The notes under the pieces were generated by a model. The model had not been told where the DNA came from. It ran no database searches and saw only the letters and a list, made by a program, of their open reading frames with translations. A DNA stretch of 64,000 nucleotides from Candidatus Poribacteria bacterium. Lineage in GTDB: Bacteria; Poribacteria; WGA-4E; GCA-2687025. A program made the translations under genes and the position numbers. The stretch is taken from positions 1,632,001 through 1,696,000 of the forward strand of contig OY762492.1 of NCBI GenBank assembly GCA_963665845.2. Reading direction: 5' to 3'. Positions 1 to 11,289 of the stretch are shown here, one piece after another (position 1 is the stretch's first letter; each line of letters starts with the position of its first letter).

Positions 1-153
1 CGTTATGATCTGCGTGGATGCGGCGGCGCTGTTTTGAAGCTGCTCCATTCTGGAGGCGGTGACGACAATCGGCTCCAGCGGCTCCTGCGCGGATGCGGAC
101 GCCGCATAAAGCAGCAAAGCGATCCACAGAGCGGGTTTCTTAAGAGGCGTCAT
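1..153 (-). CDS. TonB-dependent receptor, N-terminal part (runs off window edge)
   Basis: Not in ORF track. Manual translation from ATG at 153 gives MTPLKKPALWIALLLYAASASAQEPLEPIVVTASRMEQLQNSAAASTQIIT: a signal peptide plus TonB-box-like EPIVVTASR. GGAGA RBS upstream. Confidence 0.8.
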   Translation of the reverse strand, partial: MTPLKKPALWIALLLYAASASAQEPLEPIVVTASRMEQLQNSAAASTQIIT

Positions 154-502
154 GGCTTTCTCCATGCGCGTTGGCGTCGGGCTTTTCGGTCGGCGTTGAG
201 GAGTCGAAGAGCAGTTCATGGAGCTCCAATTTGTTGGGTTTGGTGAAGGCTTCTTTGGGGAGCGTTCTGGATCGGGCGTGACCTTTTTTGAAAGCGTCGG
301 AGTCGACCCAGTTTTCAAAGTCGCTGCGCGATTTCCAGACCGTGAAGACGATGTAGGGATCCTCTTCTTGTACGGGTCTCATGATGTAGTTGAGAACGAA
401 GCCGGGCATTTCGTCGACCAGCCGAGCGCGGTTTTTGAATCGGTCCTCAAAGGCGCCTCGGTACTTTGGATCGACATAGATTCGGTTGGCGACAGTGAAC
501 AT
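140..502 (-). CDS. ABM-family (IsdG/HmoA-like) heme-degrading monooxygenase, copy 1
   Basis: MFTVANRIYV...FEDRFKNRARLVDEMPGF...WVDSDAFKKGH. Real start at ATG 502 inside ORF 140..730. Confidence 0.85.
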   Translation of the reverse strand: MFTVANRIYVDPKYRGAFEDRFKNRARLVDEMPGFVLNYIMRPVQEEDPYIVFTVWKSRSDFENWVDSDAFKKGHARSRTLPKEAFTKPNKLELHELLFDSSTPTEKPDANAHGESHDAS

Positions 503-515
503 GGTTTGTTTCCTT

Positions 516-1175
516 TCATTGCGTGTTTCGGTCGGGATGGACGCTGGGTTTTTGCCGCGGCGGTTTATGAAAATGAGACTTATTCTCTTTATTCGGGCAG
601 CGTTCGGTTGGCAAACGCAGCCGCTCCGGCAGCAGATCGCCCATGCGCGACTGCAAACGCTTCCGCGCCTTATGGAGCAGCCACCGCGCCGTTCCCACCT
701 TCTTTCCCATCGTTTCCGCAATCTGATCATGCGACATTTTTTCGAAGACGCGAAGTCGAATCACGAGGCGCTCGCTTGGAGGCAGTCGGCGGAATTCATC
801 GCAGAAACGGTTCCAAAGCTCCTCGTATTCAACCATCTCAAGCGGGGACGGGCTGCCGTCCGGCTGCGATTCAAGCCGCTCATCGCCGACCTCTTGACGC
901 GCTTTGCGCCGTCTCAAGAAGTCGAACGCCCCATTTCGCGCAATGACAGCGATCCAGCCATGAAACGATGTCCCGACCTGGTACGACTCGAGCCGGGCGT
1001 ACGCCTTCATAAAAGTATCTTGGGAGAGGTCGCGGGCGTCTTCTATGTTGCGGACGATGCCGTAAATCTGCTGTATTGTGCGGCGCTGGTAGCGGCGCAT
1101 CAACGTTTCAAAGGCGGCATGGTCGCCGCCCCGCGCCCTCTCCACAAGAATGTCGTCATGTTCGATCAAGGACAT
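516..1175 (-). CDS. ECF-type RNA polymerase sigma-70 factor
   Basis: Region 2 (DARDLSQDTFMKAY, FHGWIAVIARN) and region 4 (LPPSERLVIRLR...QIAETMG). Confidence 0.9.
   Translation of the reverse strand: MSLIEHDDILVERARGGDHAAFETLMRRYQRRTIQQIYGIVRNIEDARDLSQDTFMKAYARLESYQVGTSFHGWIAVIARNGAFDFLRRRKARQEVGDERLESQPDGSPSPLEMVEYEELWNRFCDEFRRLPPSERLVIRLRVFEKMSHDQIAETMGKKVGTARWLLHKARKRLQSRMGDLLPERLRLPTERCPNKENKSHFHKPPRQKPSVHPDRNTQ
574..595 (-). promoter_or_regulatory. Fur-box-like operator, copy 1 (upstream of ABM-TBDR)
   Basis: Minus strand reads AAAGAGAATAAGTCTCATT, two mismatches to AATGAGAATnATTCTCATT. The same 22-mer occurs at 1246-1267. Confidence 0.65.
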
Positions 1176-1245
1176 AGAGCATCCTCTCTGTATATGTATA
1201 AACGCAGGCGCGGCGTTTCCGTTGGCAGATTTTCATAAAAGATAT

Positions 1246-1267
1246 TGAGACTTATTCTCTTTATTCG
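1246..1267 (-). promoter_or_regulatory. Fur-box-like operator, copy 2 (upstream of ECF sigma)
   Basis: TGAGACTTATTCTCTTTATTCG, identical to 574-595. Confidence 0.65.
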
Positions 1268-1274
1268 CGTATAG

Positions 1275-1302
1275 AAAACGCTGGGAGGGCGCCCTCCCAG
1301 CG
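1275..1302 (-). terminator. Intrinsic terminator after dnaK-ABM
   Basis: Perfect palindrome CGCTGGGAGGGCGCCCTCCCAGCG followed by TTTT on the minus strand. Confidence 0.65.
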
Positions 1303-1319
1303 CATTTCAATGCAGCCGC

Positions 1320-1640
1320 TCACTCGCCGGCGCGGGACGCGTCCAAAAACACCTCATGGATCTCCAGCTTGTTCGGACCCGAAAAGGCTTCTTTCGGCAG
1401 CGTCCCCGACTTCGCATGCCCCTTGCGGAAGGCGTCCGAATTCACCCAGTTTTCAAACGCCTCCATCGACTCCCACAAGGTGAAGACGATATACGGATCG
1501 CCCTCCTCGGTCGGGCGCAGGACGTAATTCGTGATGAAGCCCGGCATCCCGTCCACCATGCGGGCGCGGTTTTTGAACCGCTCCTCAAACGCCTCCCGGT
1601 ATTCGGCGCTGACAGAGATGCGGTTGGCGACAGAAATCAT
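1320..1640 (-). CDS. ABM-family (IsdG/HmoA-like) monooxygenase, copy 2
   Basis: MISVANRISV...FEERFKNRARMVDGMPGF...AFRKGH. Close paralog of 140..502; GAGGGAG RBS. Confidence 0.85.
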   Translation of the reverse strand: MISVANRISVSAEYREAFEERFKNRARMVDGMPGFITNYVLRPTEEGDPYIVFTLWESMEAFENWVNSDAFRKGHAKSGTLPKEAFSGPNKLEIHEVFLDASRAGE

Positions 1641-1680
1641 ATGTTCTCCCTCATGTGAAGTTGCCTCGCCGTCCGGCGCC

Positions 1681-3657
<1,977 letters not shown>

Positions 3658-3669
3658 ATTCAATTCCTT

Positions 3670-4095
3670 TCAAAAGTCTCGTTTTTTTCGGACGATGCGC
3701 CTCTTCCACCGCAGAATGAAACGCCGGCGCTGAACCGGCGAACGATGCGCCTTCGTCAGCCATTTCTTTAGGCAGTTCAGATCGACAGGCTTTTTGAAAT
3801 AAGCGGACGCCCCCGCCCTGCAAGCTTCGTAAATCGCGTCTTCGGACGGATTGCCGGTGATGAGCGACATCGGAACCCCAGGACGCATCCGCTGGAGAGA
3901 CGCCATCAGCTGCGCCCCGTTGATGTCCGGCAGATCGTAGTCGATAAGGCATGCGTCGATACGGTACTTCCGATACGCCGCCGCCGCTTCGGAGGCGTTT
4001 TGCGCGCACATGGGAGCGTATCCCGCTTGACGCAAGGCGCGTTCAAGGGCGGCTCTGACCGAATCGTTGTCATCTACAATCAATACCGTTCTCAC
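3670..4095 (-). CDS. Single-domain response regulator (receiver)
   Basis: VLIVDD, CLIDYDLPDING, ITG, YFKKP. Confidence 0.85.
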   Translation of the reverse strand: MRTVLIVDDNDSVRAALERALRQAGYAPMCAQNASEAAAAYRKYRIDACLIDYDLPDINGAQLMASLQRMRPGVPMSLITGNPSEDAIYEACRAGASAYFKKPVDLNCLKKWLTKAHRSPVQRRRFILRWKRRIVRKKRDF

Positions 4096-4147
4096 AGCGG
4101 TTCAATCCGCGTTTGGGTTGACAATGCGGCGCCGTCGTCAGCCTATA

Positions 4148-4163
4148 AGCAATTTGAGCGCCA
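4148..4163 (-). promoter_or_regulatory. Possible sigma-54 (-24/-12) promoter for receiver-dnaK operon
   Basis: Minus strand TGGCGC-TCAAA-TTGCT matches TGGCAC-N5-TTGCW with one mismatch, about 50 bp upstream of the start at 4095. Confidence 0.45.
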
Positions 4164-4221
4164 AGCCGCGCGCCGCATGGTTCTTTTATTTTAGCAGATA
4201 ATCTTCTCATAGCATAGGCCA

Positions 4222-4908
4222 TTATGGCGCCGTTGTGTCAGGACGGCACACCCCGACCCACCCTGGATACGGCAGCCAGCGATGCACAGCCCGCGCCTTC
4301 TCCAGCCGCCAGCCCGCCTCTAGAAACGCCGCGCGCCACTCCTCCATCGCGCGGTAGGTCATCGGCTCCGTCTGGCGTATTCCGTAATACTGAACGGCGC
4401 TTTTGAGACGCTCCTCCGCCTGCGTGAACCGCAGTTTCCACCGCGGCGAGGCGGCGGAGTCTTTCACCAACAGAACGGCGTCGGAACGGGCATGTCGGCG
4501 CGCCGCTTTCAGAATATCGATCTGGCTCTCCGGCGAAAAGTACAGCAGCGCGTCCGCAAAAATATAACCGCTCCAAGGCGCGTCGGTTGAGCGCAGCGCG
4601 TCCCGTATGTCGGCATGTTGAAAGCGGGCGTTCGGCGGCGCCGCGCTCCGCATCGCCGTTTCGATCCGTTTTTGAGACAGGTCCGCGCCGACAGCGGTTC
4701 TATCGGGGCAGCGCGCCATCCAATGCGTCAACCCGCCGTGTCCGCAGCCGGCGTCCAGCGCGTTTCCGTCCGCCGGCAAAAACTCCTCCGCCAAACGCAG
4801 CAGCGGGCGCAGCGCTGTCAACCGCGCCCAGATGAGCGCCCGCGTCCAGACCGACGCCCGCGGATACTGCATGCATACCCAGCGGAAGCTCGGATTCTTA
4901 CGGGGCAT
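4222..4908 (-). CDS. Class I SAM-dependent methyltransferase
   Basis: ALDAGCGHGG motif I; VGADLS. Confidence 0.85.
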   Translation of the reverse strand: MPRKNPSFRWVCMQYPRASVWTRALIWARLTALRPLLRLAEEFLPADGNALDAGCGHGGLTHWMARCPDRTAVGADLSQKRIETAMRSAAPPNARFQHADIRDALRSTDAPWSGYIFADALLYFSPESQIDILKAARRHARSDAVLLVKDSAASPRWKLRFTQAEERLKSAVQYYGIRQTEPMTYRAMEEWRAAFLEAGWRLEKARAVHRWLPYPGWVGVCRPDTTAP

Positions 4909-4936
4909 GGAAAACCGCAGACACGCTTATTCCGGT

Positions 4937-5092
4937 AGTACGCTCATATGGGGATATTCGCGGCGCCGCGTCCGATTCCCCCCTTGAAAAGGGGGGCTAG
5001 GGGGGTTTAAAGGACGGGCGCGGCGGCTGCGAAGCCTTAAGATTCCCGCTTGCGCGGGAATGACGGCGGGTTGCGCGAACGCTTTAAGGTCA
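4937..5092 (+). repeat. Composite REP element (type A CCCCCTTGAAAAGGGGGGCTAGGGGGG plus type B GATTCCCGC..GCGGGAATGAC palindromes)
   Basis: Shares left flank AGTACGCTCATA..GATATTCGCGGCGCCGCGTCCGA and right flank GCGGGTTGCGCGAACGCTT..GGTCA with 11290-11547. Confidence 0.85.
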
Positions 5093-5126
5093 AAAAGGGA
5101 ATATCCCCGAGTGGGCGTACAGCCTT

Positions 5127-5690
5127 TCATTCCGCGCCTTTCTCCTCTGAAGGCGATTCCTTCGCGCGCGGGCTGAATTTCAACGCTACAGAGTTGATGC
5201 AGTAGCGCGTTCCAAGCGGCTCCGGTCCGTCGGGAAACACATGCCCTAAATGAGAATCGCAGCGGGCGCATTTCACTTCAAACGTTCCCGGCCATGGCGC
5301 CATCGGGTCGACCGCCTTGACGAGGCTCTTGTCGGCGACCGGCTTTGTGTAGCTTGGCCAGCCGGTTCCCGACCTGTATTTGTCGGTCGAATCGAACAGC
5401 GGCGCCTCGCACGCCCCGCACAGATATTTCCCGTCCTCTTTATGGTTCCAGTACTCGCCTGAAAAGGCGCGTTCGGTGGCGCTTTTGCGAAGCACCTGAT
5501 ACGCCGTCGGAGAGAGCTGGGCGCGCCATTCGGCGTCCGTTTTGACCACCTTCTCCGCTTTAGCCGCCGTTTTGATCTTCGCCGCCGTCTCCGCTTCGGC
5601 TCCCCGCTTCGTTATCGCCATTTCGCTCTGTTCAGCGCCGCCGCACGCGAGCGCGCCGATTAGCGCCAGCGCCGCAAGTGTGTGTTTCAT
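5127..5690 (-). CDS. msrB: Peptide-methionine (R)-S-oxide reductase with lipoprotein-like signal
   Basis: ATERAFSG, CGAC, SGTGWPSY, HLGHVFPDGP, RYCINS. Confidence 0.92.
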   Translation of the reverse strand: MKHTLAALALIGALACGGAEQSEMAITKRGAEAETAAKIKTAAKAEKVVKTDAEWRAQLSPTAYQVLRKSATERAFSGEYWNHKEDGKYLCGACEAPLFDSTDKYRSGTGWPSYTKPVADKSLVKAVDPMAPWPGTFEVKCARCDSHLGHVFPDGPEPLGTRYCINSVALKFSPRAKESPSEEKGAE

Positions 5691-5763
5691 CCTGTACCGC
5701 TCCGTTCAATGTGGCATACTAATAACGTACGAACGCATTTCAACGCTCTCTGGTGGACATGAA

Positions 5764-7035
5764 TTGAAACCGAAAAAGATCGTTTTTGCAACCTTCGGCA
5801 CGATGGGCGACGTCCGCCCCTATCTTGCAGTCGCCGCGGAGCTTCAAAAGCGGGGGCATGAAACCATCCTCGGCGGCATGGCTCCTCATCGAGAGATGAT
5901 CGAATCGGCGGGCGTTTCATACAGGCTCATTCCGCCCGATCTGGAACATGTCAAGGACGATCCAGAGGCGGTGCGCAGCCTGATGAATCCTCGAACTGGC
6001 AGCTTCGTTTTGATGCGAAAGTATGTGATCCCGGCGACGCGCGAGGCGTATGCGAGCCTGTCGGAGTTCGCGTCGGACGCCGATCTGATTGTCGCGCATC
6101 CGATTTCGTTTGCGGCGGCAATGTTTGCCGAAAAACATAGCATTCCGTGGGTATCGACCTCGCTGGCGCCGTTGTCTTTCTTTTCGGTGTACGATCCGCC
6201 TGTCATTCCAACGGCGCCGGAGCTGGCGCGCCTGCGCTCTTTAGGTCCTGGGTTCAATGCGCTTCTGGCGCGTTTCATGCGGCTTTTTACAAGAAGCTGG
6301 TCAGCGGAGCTGCGGAGAATACGGCGAGAGTTCGACCTGCCCGACAAGCGCGGCGACCTGTTTTTCAACGGCCGTTACTCTCCGCTCATGACGCTCGCCA
6401 TGTTCTCGCCGCTGCTGGGAAAACCGCAGCCAGACTGGCCGCCCAACACGGTCATAACGGGTCTGCCGATGGTAGACCTGGAAAAGGAGCCGCCGATGGA
6501 GCCGCGCGTACAGGCGTTCATGGAGGAGGGAGAGCCGCCGATTCTGTTCACGCTCGGATCGGCGGCTTCGCAAGGCGCGGGCGACTATTATCAGGTGAGC
6601 GCGGAAGCGGCGCATCGCGTCGGGCGGCGCGCTCTGCTGGCGGGAACGGCGGGAGAGGGTCCGTACCCTGGCGAGGTCTGCCTAGCGGGGTATATCCCGT
6701 ACGCCGAGGCGTTTGAAAAAGCGGCGGCGGTCGTCCACCATGGCGGCGTCGGGACGACGCAGCTGGGGCTGCGCTCTGGAAAGCCGACGCTCATCGTGCC
6801 GTTTTCGCATGACCAGCCGGACAACGCGGCGCGCGCGAAGCGCCTGGGCGTCTCGTTAACGCTGCCGCGTAAGCGCTATAAGGCAGGTTCCGTTGCGAAG
6901 GCGTTGTCCCGCTTATTGACAGAGCCGAGCTTCGCTCAACGCGCCGCCGAGGCGGGCGAACAGATACGGCAAGAAAACGGCGCCGCAACAGCCGCAGACG
7001 CGCTGGAGACGCTGCTGACAGAGAAACGACCTTGA
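5764..7035 (+). CDS. GT1 (UDP-glycosyltransferase) family protein
   Basis: FGTMGDVRP; HHGGVGTT...PFSHDQPDNA. Probable TTG start at 5764. Confidence 0.88.
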   Translation: MKPKKIVFATFGTMGDVRPYLAVAAELQKRGHETILGGMAPHREMIESAGVSYRLIPPDLEHVKDDPEAVRSLMNPRTGSFVLMRKYVIPATREAYASLSEFASDADLIVAHPISFAAAMFAEKHSIPWVSTSLAPLSFFSVYDPPVIPTAPELARLRSLGPGFNALLARFMRLFTRSWSAELRRIRREFDLPDKRGDLFFNGRYSPLMTLAMFSPLLGKPQPDWPPNTVITGLPMVDLEKEPPMEPRVQAFMEEGEPPILFTLGSAASQGAGDYYQVSAEAAHRVGRRALLAGTAGEGPYPGEVCLAGYIPYAEAFEKAAAVVHHGGVGTTQLGLRSGKPTLIVPFSHDQPDNAARAKRLGVSLTLPRKRYKAGSVAKALSRLLTEPSFAQRAAEAGEQIRQENGAATAADALETLLTEKRP

Positions 7036-7563
7036 CAGCGGCGCCGACTACTCTCCCCCCTTGAAAAGGGGGCAGGGGGGTTTTGAGCGGGCGGGTTGCG
7101 CTTGGTTTTGAACTAGGATTAAAGGATTAGTAAGATTGCCAAGAGAACGGCGCGCGGAATTTTCTTGGCAATCTTTTCAATCTTGGCAATCCTAGTTCAG
7201 ACGACAACAGCGGCGCCGACTACTCTCCCCCTTGAAAAGGGGGCAGGGGGGTTTTGAGCGGGCGGGTTGGGCTTGGTTTTGAACTAGGATTAAAGGATTA
7301 GTAAGATTGCCAAGAGAGCGGAGAGCGGAATTTTCTTGGCAATCTTTTCAATCTTGGCAATCCTAGTTCAGACGACAACAGCGGCTAAGATTCCCGCTTG
7401 CGCGGGAATGACGGCGGGTAGGATGGACGATTGGGTGAACGCGGGCGGTTTTGGCGGCGCCTCTGGATTCCCGCTTGCGCGGGAATGACGGCGGGTAGGA
7501 TGGACGATTGGGGTGAACGCGGACGTTGTCTGTTGGACTCTGGATTCCCGCTTGCGCGGGAAT
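7035..7563 (+). repeat. Two tandem ~172-bp units (REP-A plus 9-mer-repeat hairpin) followed by three REP-B palindromes
   Basis: Units start near 7035 and 7207. Hairpin TGAACTAGGATT...AATCCTAGTTCA. REP-B near 7389, 7466 and 7543. Confidence 0.9.
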
Positions 7564-7625
7564 GCATGTCCTCGCGGAAGCGGGGAACGGTCTGGTCGGC
7601 GGCGCCTTTTTCCCATGAATAATCG

Positions 7626-8852
7626 TCATCCCTCGGCTCTGCAGATTGGCGCCGTCGCTGGGATCATGGCGGGCAGCAGGTTATGCAGCGCATGCGAAAG
7701 CGCCGTCACCCAGAACGCTGTCCAGAACGATTCGGGCAGCCAGAAGGCGTAGCTGAAGGCGAAGTAGTACCCGCCCGGTATGCCTGCCACGATGCCGTTC
7801 ATGGTCGAGTTTCCGAAATGCGCCGCCGCAAACAGAAACGCCGACACAACTGCCTGCGTCCCGAAGCTGGCGTCCATCCAGCTCAATATCCCGATCGGTA
7901 CCGCCTGAAAAAACAGCGTTTCTAATATCGGCGCGCGGATGAGGTCGTCCGCTCTCGTGGTTTTGTCTTTGGCTTTGTCTCGCATCCAGTCGGCTTTCAA
8001 CGCCCGCTCAGCGACGACCACAGCAATGAAGAGCGCAAAGCACACAAGCAAGCGCTCCAGCGTGATGCGCCAGCAGAATGCCCACGGGTCATGCGCTTGA
8101 TACCGCTGGAGCCATTCAAACGCCCATGCAAACGAGTCGGAGCCTTCTAAGACCCCGACCGCCGCGATGCCCGCCGCCGCGATCATCCATGCCCATCTCT
8201 TGACCATGTATTTTGGGACGCGCAGAATCGGTTTTACCAGATGAACGCCGATGGGAATCAGCGCCTGCGAGCCGATCGTCACCGCGGCGGCGAGCCAAAA
8301 AGAGGTCTGGAACCAGAACGCAAACGCGAACCCGAAATAGAGACCGGAGACAAAACGGGAGGGCGCGTACCGCCATTCATCTTTTTTGATCGATATAAAG
8401 ACGCTCCAGTAGGCGGAGACGACCGCCTGCGTTCCCAATCCCGCTCCAAGCGAGCTGAACAGAACGACAGGCGCCGCCCGAAACAGAACCGCCCGGACGG
8501 TCGATCTGACAAGCGTTTTTTCTAAGCTGCCGATGCCGCTCGATCTTTTATTCGATTCCTTTTTGACGGAGCGGAACGCAAAAAACGCCGCGCCCGTGAG
8601 AACCGCTGCGATGAGCGACGCCGCGGCGGCTTCCAGTCCGAGGCGCCAGCAGAACGCCCACGGGTCATGTTTTTCAAACCGCTGAAGCCAGCCGACCGCC
8701 CATTCGTGTTCGTTGGCGACACGCGCGAGCCATGCAATCGATGCGGTCCCGACCGCAAGCGCCGCAAGCGCCAGCAGAAGCCTGCGAACCCACCTGCGTA
8801 TCGCTTCCATCTCTTCTTCGGAGAAAGATTCCGTCTCTTCTTGTTCGCTCAT
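7626..8852 (-). CDS. CPBP/Abi (CAAX protease-like) membrane protein with internal duplication
   Basis: HDPWAFCWR occurs twice. The C-terminal half has APILETLFFQ, FAAAHF and SHALHN motifs. Confidence 0.7.
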   Translation of the reverse strand: MSEQEETESFSEEEMEAIRRWVRRLLLALAALAVGTASIAWLARVANEHEWAVGWLQRFEKHDPWAFCWRLGLEAAAASLIAAVLTGAAFFAFRSVKKESNKRSSGIGSLEKTLVRSTVRAVLFRAAPVVLFSSLGAGLGTQAVVSAYWSVFISIKKDEWRYAPSRFVSGLYFGFAFAFWFQTSFWLAAAVTIGSQALIPIGVHLVKPILRVPKYMVKRWAWMIAAAGIAAVGVLEGSDSFAWAFEWLQRYQAHDPWAFCWRITLERLLVCFALFIAVVVAERALKADWMRDKAKDKTTRADDLIRAPILETLFFQAVPIGILSWMDASFGTQAVVSAFLFAAAHFGNSTMNGIVAGIPGGYYFAFSYAFWLPESFWTAFWVTALSHALHNLLPAMIPATAPICRAEG

Positions 8853-8958
8853 CTGCCGTTTTCTGCTGTTGTTTGAGTCGGCTGCTCATTATTCCGGGCG
8901 AGGTACCAAAACCCCCCCTTTTCAAGGGGGAGTCTAGAAACCCGCGCCCTACCCGCCG

Positions 8959-10062
8959 TCACCAGTCAGCGACGGAGCCGTCCTCCTCCAGATACGCCCG
9001 CGGATTTTTCCAGTCATGATCAATCTTGTCCGCCAGCGCCTCTTCGTCCAGTTCAACGCCCAGCCCCGGCGCGGTCGGCAGCTCCACATACCCGTCCTTG
9101 AAAACGAACGGCGTTTTCAGGTATCCTTCGCCCAGCGTCGTATGCTCCTGCATGACAAAGTTCGGTATGCTCGCGTCCAGCTGAATGCATGCCGCCAGCG
9201 AAATCGGCCCGAGCGGGTTGTGCGGCGCGACGCCGGCATAATACGCCTCGCCCATTCCCGCAATGAGCCGCGTTTCTAAAATGCCCCCCGCGTGGCACAG
9301 GTCGGGCTGAAGAATCGATGCGGCGCCCTTCTCCAGGATCTCCCGAAAACCCCACTTTGTGAAGATGCGCTCGCCCGTCGCAATCGGCAGATGCGTCCCC
9401 CGCGCAATCTCCGCCATCGCGTCCACATTCTGGCACTGAACAGGCTCCTCAATAAACATCGGCTGATACGGCTCCAGCGCCTTGATGAGCAGCTTCGCCG
9501 TCTGCGGACTGATCGCGCCATGGAAGTCGATGGCAAGGTCAATGTCGGGACCCGCCGCTTCGCGCAGGGCGGCGAAGTTGTCGGCGGCGGTGTCGATAAA
9601 ACGCTTATTCTCAACGATGCGCGCGTTCCGTCCGCCCTGAACGCCCACCTTGAACGCGGTGAACCCTTTGGCGATCCAGTCCTGTATCGTGTCGGGGCTG
9701 GCGCCGCCCTTGTATAGACGTATGCGGTCGCGCGTCGGGCCGCCGAGAAGCTGATAGACGGGGACGCCGAGCGCCTTGCCGGCAATGTCCCACATCGCCT
9801 GCTCAACGCCGCTGAGCGCGCTGGTCAAAATGGGACCGCCGCGGTAAAAGGCATGCCGATAAACCGCCTGCCAGTGGTGCGCGACGCGGCGCGGGTCTTG
9901 CCCGATGAGGTAATCTTCCATTTCGGCGACCGCCTGGGCGCACGTCTTGGCGCGCCCTTCCAGTATCGGTTCGCCGAGTCCGACCAGCCCCTCGTCCGTG
10001 TGCATCTTCAGAAAAAGCCAGCGCGGTTTGACAAGGATCGTCTCCAGCTTGGTGATTTTCAT
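8959..10062 (-). CDS. dgoD: Galactonate dehydratase (mandelate racemase/enolase family)
   Basis: MKITKLET..PRWLFLK, GEPILEGRA, HAFYRGGP, IDFHG, ATGER, HNPLGP. Confidence 0.9.
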   Translation of the reverse strand: MKITKLETILVKPRWLFLKMHTDEGLVGLGEPILEGRAKTCAQAVAEMEDYLIGQDPRRVAHHWQAVYRHAFYRGGPILTSALSGVEQAMWDIAGKALGVPVYQLLGGPTRDRIRLYKGGASPDTIQDWIAKGFTAFKVGVQGGRNARIVENKRFIDTAADNFAALREAAGPDIDLAIDFHGAISPQTAKLLIKALEPYQPMFIEEPVQCQNVDAMAEIARGTHLPIATGERIFTKWGFREILEKGAASILQPDLCHAGGILETRLIAGMGEAYYAGVAPHNPLGPISLAACIQLDASIPNFVMQEHTTLGEGYLKTPFVFKDGYVELPTAPGLGVELDEEALADKIDHDWKNPRAYLEEDGSVADW

Positions 10063-11192
10063 CAGTCGATCTCCCAATCCTCCAGCCCTGAAGGCAAAGC
10101 CGCCGGCTGCGGACAGGTCGACTCCAGAACGACATGCCGCCCCTCGCTGGACGATGTATGCAGCGCGTGGATGATCTCAACGACATGCCGCCCCATTTCG
10201 CCGCTGGCGCGGTGCGGACGCCCTGCGCGTATCGCGGAACACATGTCGGCGGCGCCGACGCCTCGGCTGTTGCCGTTGTAGCCGAAGGTCGAGTCGATGT
10301 CGGTCGTTTCGCCGTTCGCTTTTTTGAGGCGAAGCCTGCCGCCAAAGTTGTTCGGGTCGATGCAGCGGAGGGAGCCGTCGCTGCCGTAGATCTCCACATG
10401 CGGAAGCCCGAGTCCGATCACATCGGAGGTGATATGGAACGAAGCGGCGGCGCCGTTCGCAAAGTCGATGACGCCGGTAAAATGCGTCGGCGTGTTGCAT
10501 TCAAACTTGCGCCCGCCGCGGTCGCGTTCGGGCCATGGATTCGTCGCGGAGGCGGCGACGCGCTTGGCGGGTCCCATCAGGTGGATGACAGCGTTCAGAT
10601 AGTAGGGTCCGCGGTCGAACGACCATGTGACGCCGTACTCAAAAAAGTCGGTGGTGTAGAAGTTTTCGTAATGGTCGGGCGCTTCGGCGCCGGGTTCATC
10701 TCCCTTTCTCCAGGGTCCGCCCATGCGCGCTTGGAGGCAGATGAACGCCCCGATCGGCTCTCCGACAGCGCCGTCGTCGATGAGCGAGCGCGCCGTTTGC
10801 CAGGCGCCGCCGAAGAAGGTGTCCGGCGCGGCGCCCGCCCGCAGCCCCTTTTCAGCCGCCAGCTCTACCATGCGGTTCGCGTCGGTCAGCTCCACCGCAA
10901 ACGGCTTCTCAATATACACGTTCTTGCCCGCCTCCAGAACCGAAATGCCGACCTCGCCATGCCACTTGTGCGGCGTCAACACGATGACCGTCTCGATGTC
11001 AGGATCCGCCAGCAGCTGGTCGGGCAGACACGCTTTCGGTATGTTGAACTCCTTGGCGCGCGCCTCCGCCGCTTCAAGGCGCAGATCGGCGACGGCGGTC
11101 ACGTCAAACGCTTTGAACCGCTGCGCATGGTTCAGGTAGGCTCCGCTGATGCGTCCGCATCCGATGATTCCGACATTCGCTGTATCAGGCAT
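10062..11192 (-). CDS. Gfo/Idh/MocA oxidoreductase
   Basis: GIIGCGRIS; YIEKP; APDTFFG; DRGPYY. Confidence 0.9.
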   Translation of the reverse strand: MPDTANVGIIGCGRISGAYLNHAQRFKAFDVTAVADLRLEAAEARAKEFNIPKACLPDQLLADPDIETVIVLTPHKWHGEVGISVLEAGKNVYIEKPFAVELTDANRMVELAAEKGLRAGAAPDTFFGGAWQTARSLIDDGAVGEPIGAFICLQARMGGPWRKGDEPGAEAPDHYENFYTTDFFEYGVTWSFDRGPYYLNAVIHLMGPAKRVAASATNPWPERDRGGRKFECNTPTHFTGVIDFANGAAASFHITSDVIGLGLPHVEIYGSDGSLRCIDPNNFGGRLRLKKANGETTDIDSTFGYNGNSRGVGAADMCSAIRAGRPHRASGEMGRHVVEIIHALHTSSSEGRHVVLESTCPQPAALPSGLEDWEID

Positions 11193-11289
11193 AGATCGCT
11201 CCAGTCGCTGTTTTGTTTAAAACCGCTCCGTCCACGCCGCCTAGTGTATCATGGATTGAACGGAAACGATTCGGACAGCGCCAACCTAC

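Noticed and set aside
7035-7563. Possible CRISPR array
   Set aside because: The units are whole duplications or REP palindromes without unique equal-length spacers, and no cas genes are present.
7363-7752. Small ORFs with VIPAQAGI / PLKRG peptides (also at 4927, 13111, 26095 and 37152-37515)
   Set aside because: These are translations of REP palindromes.
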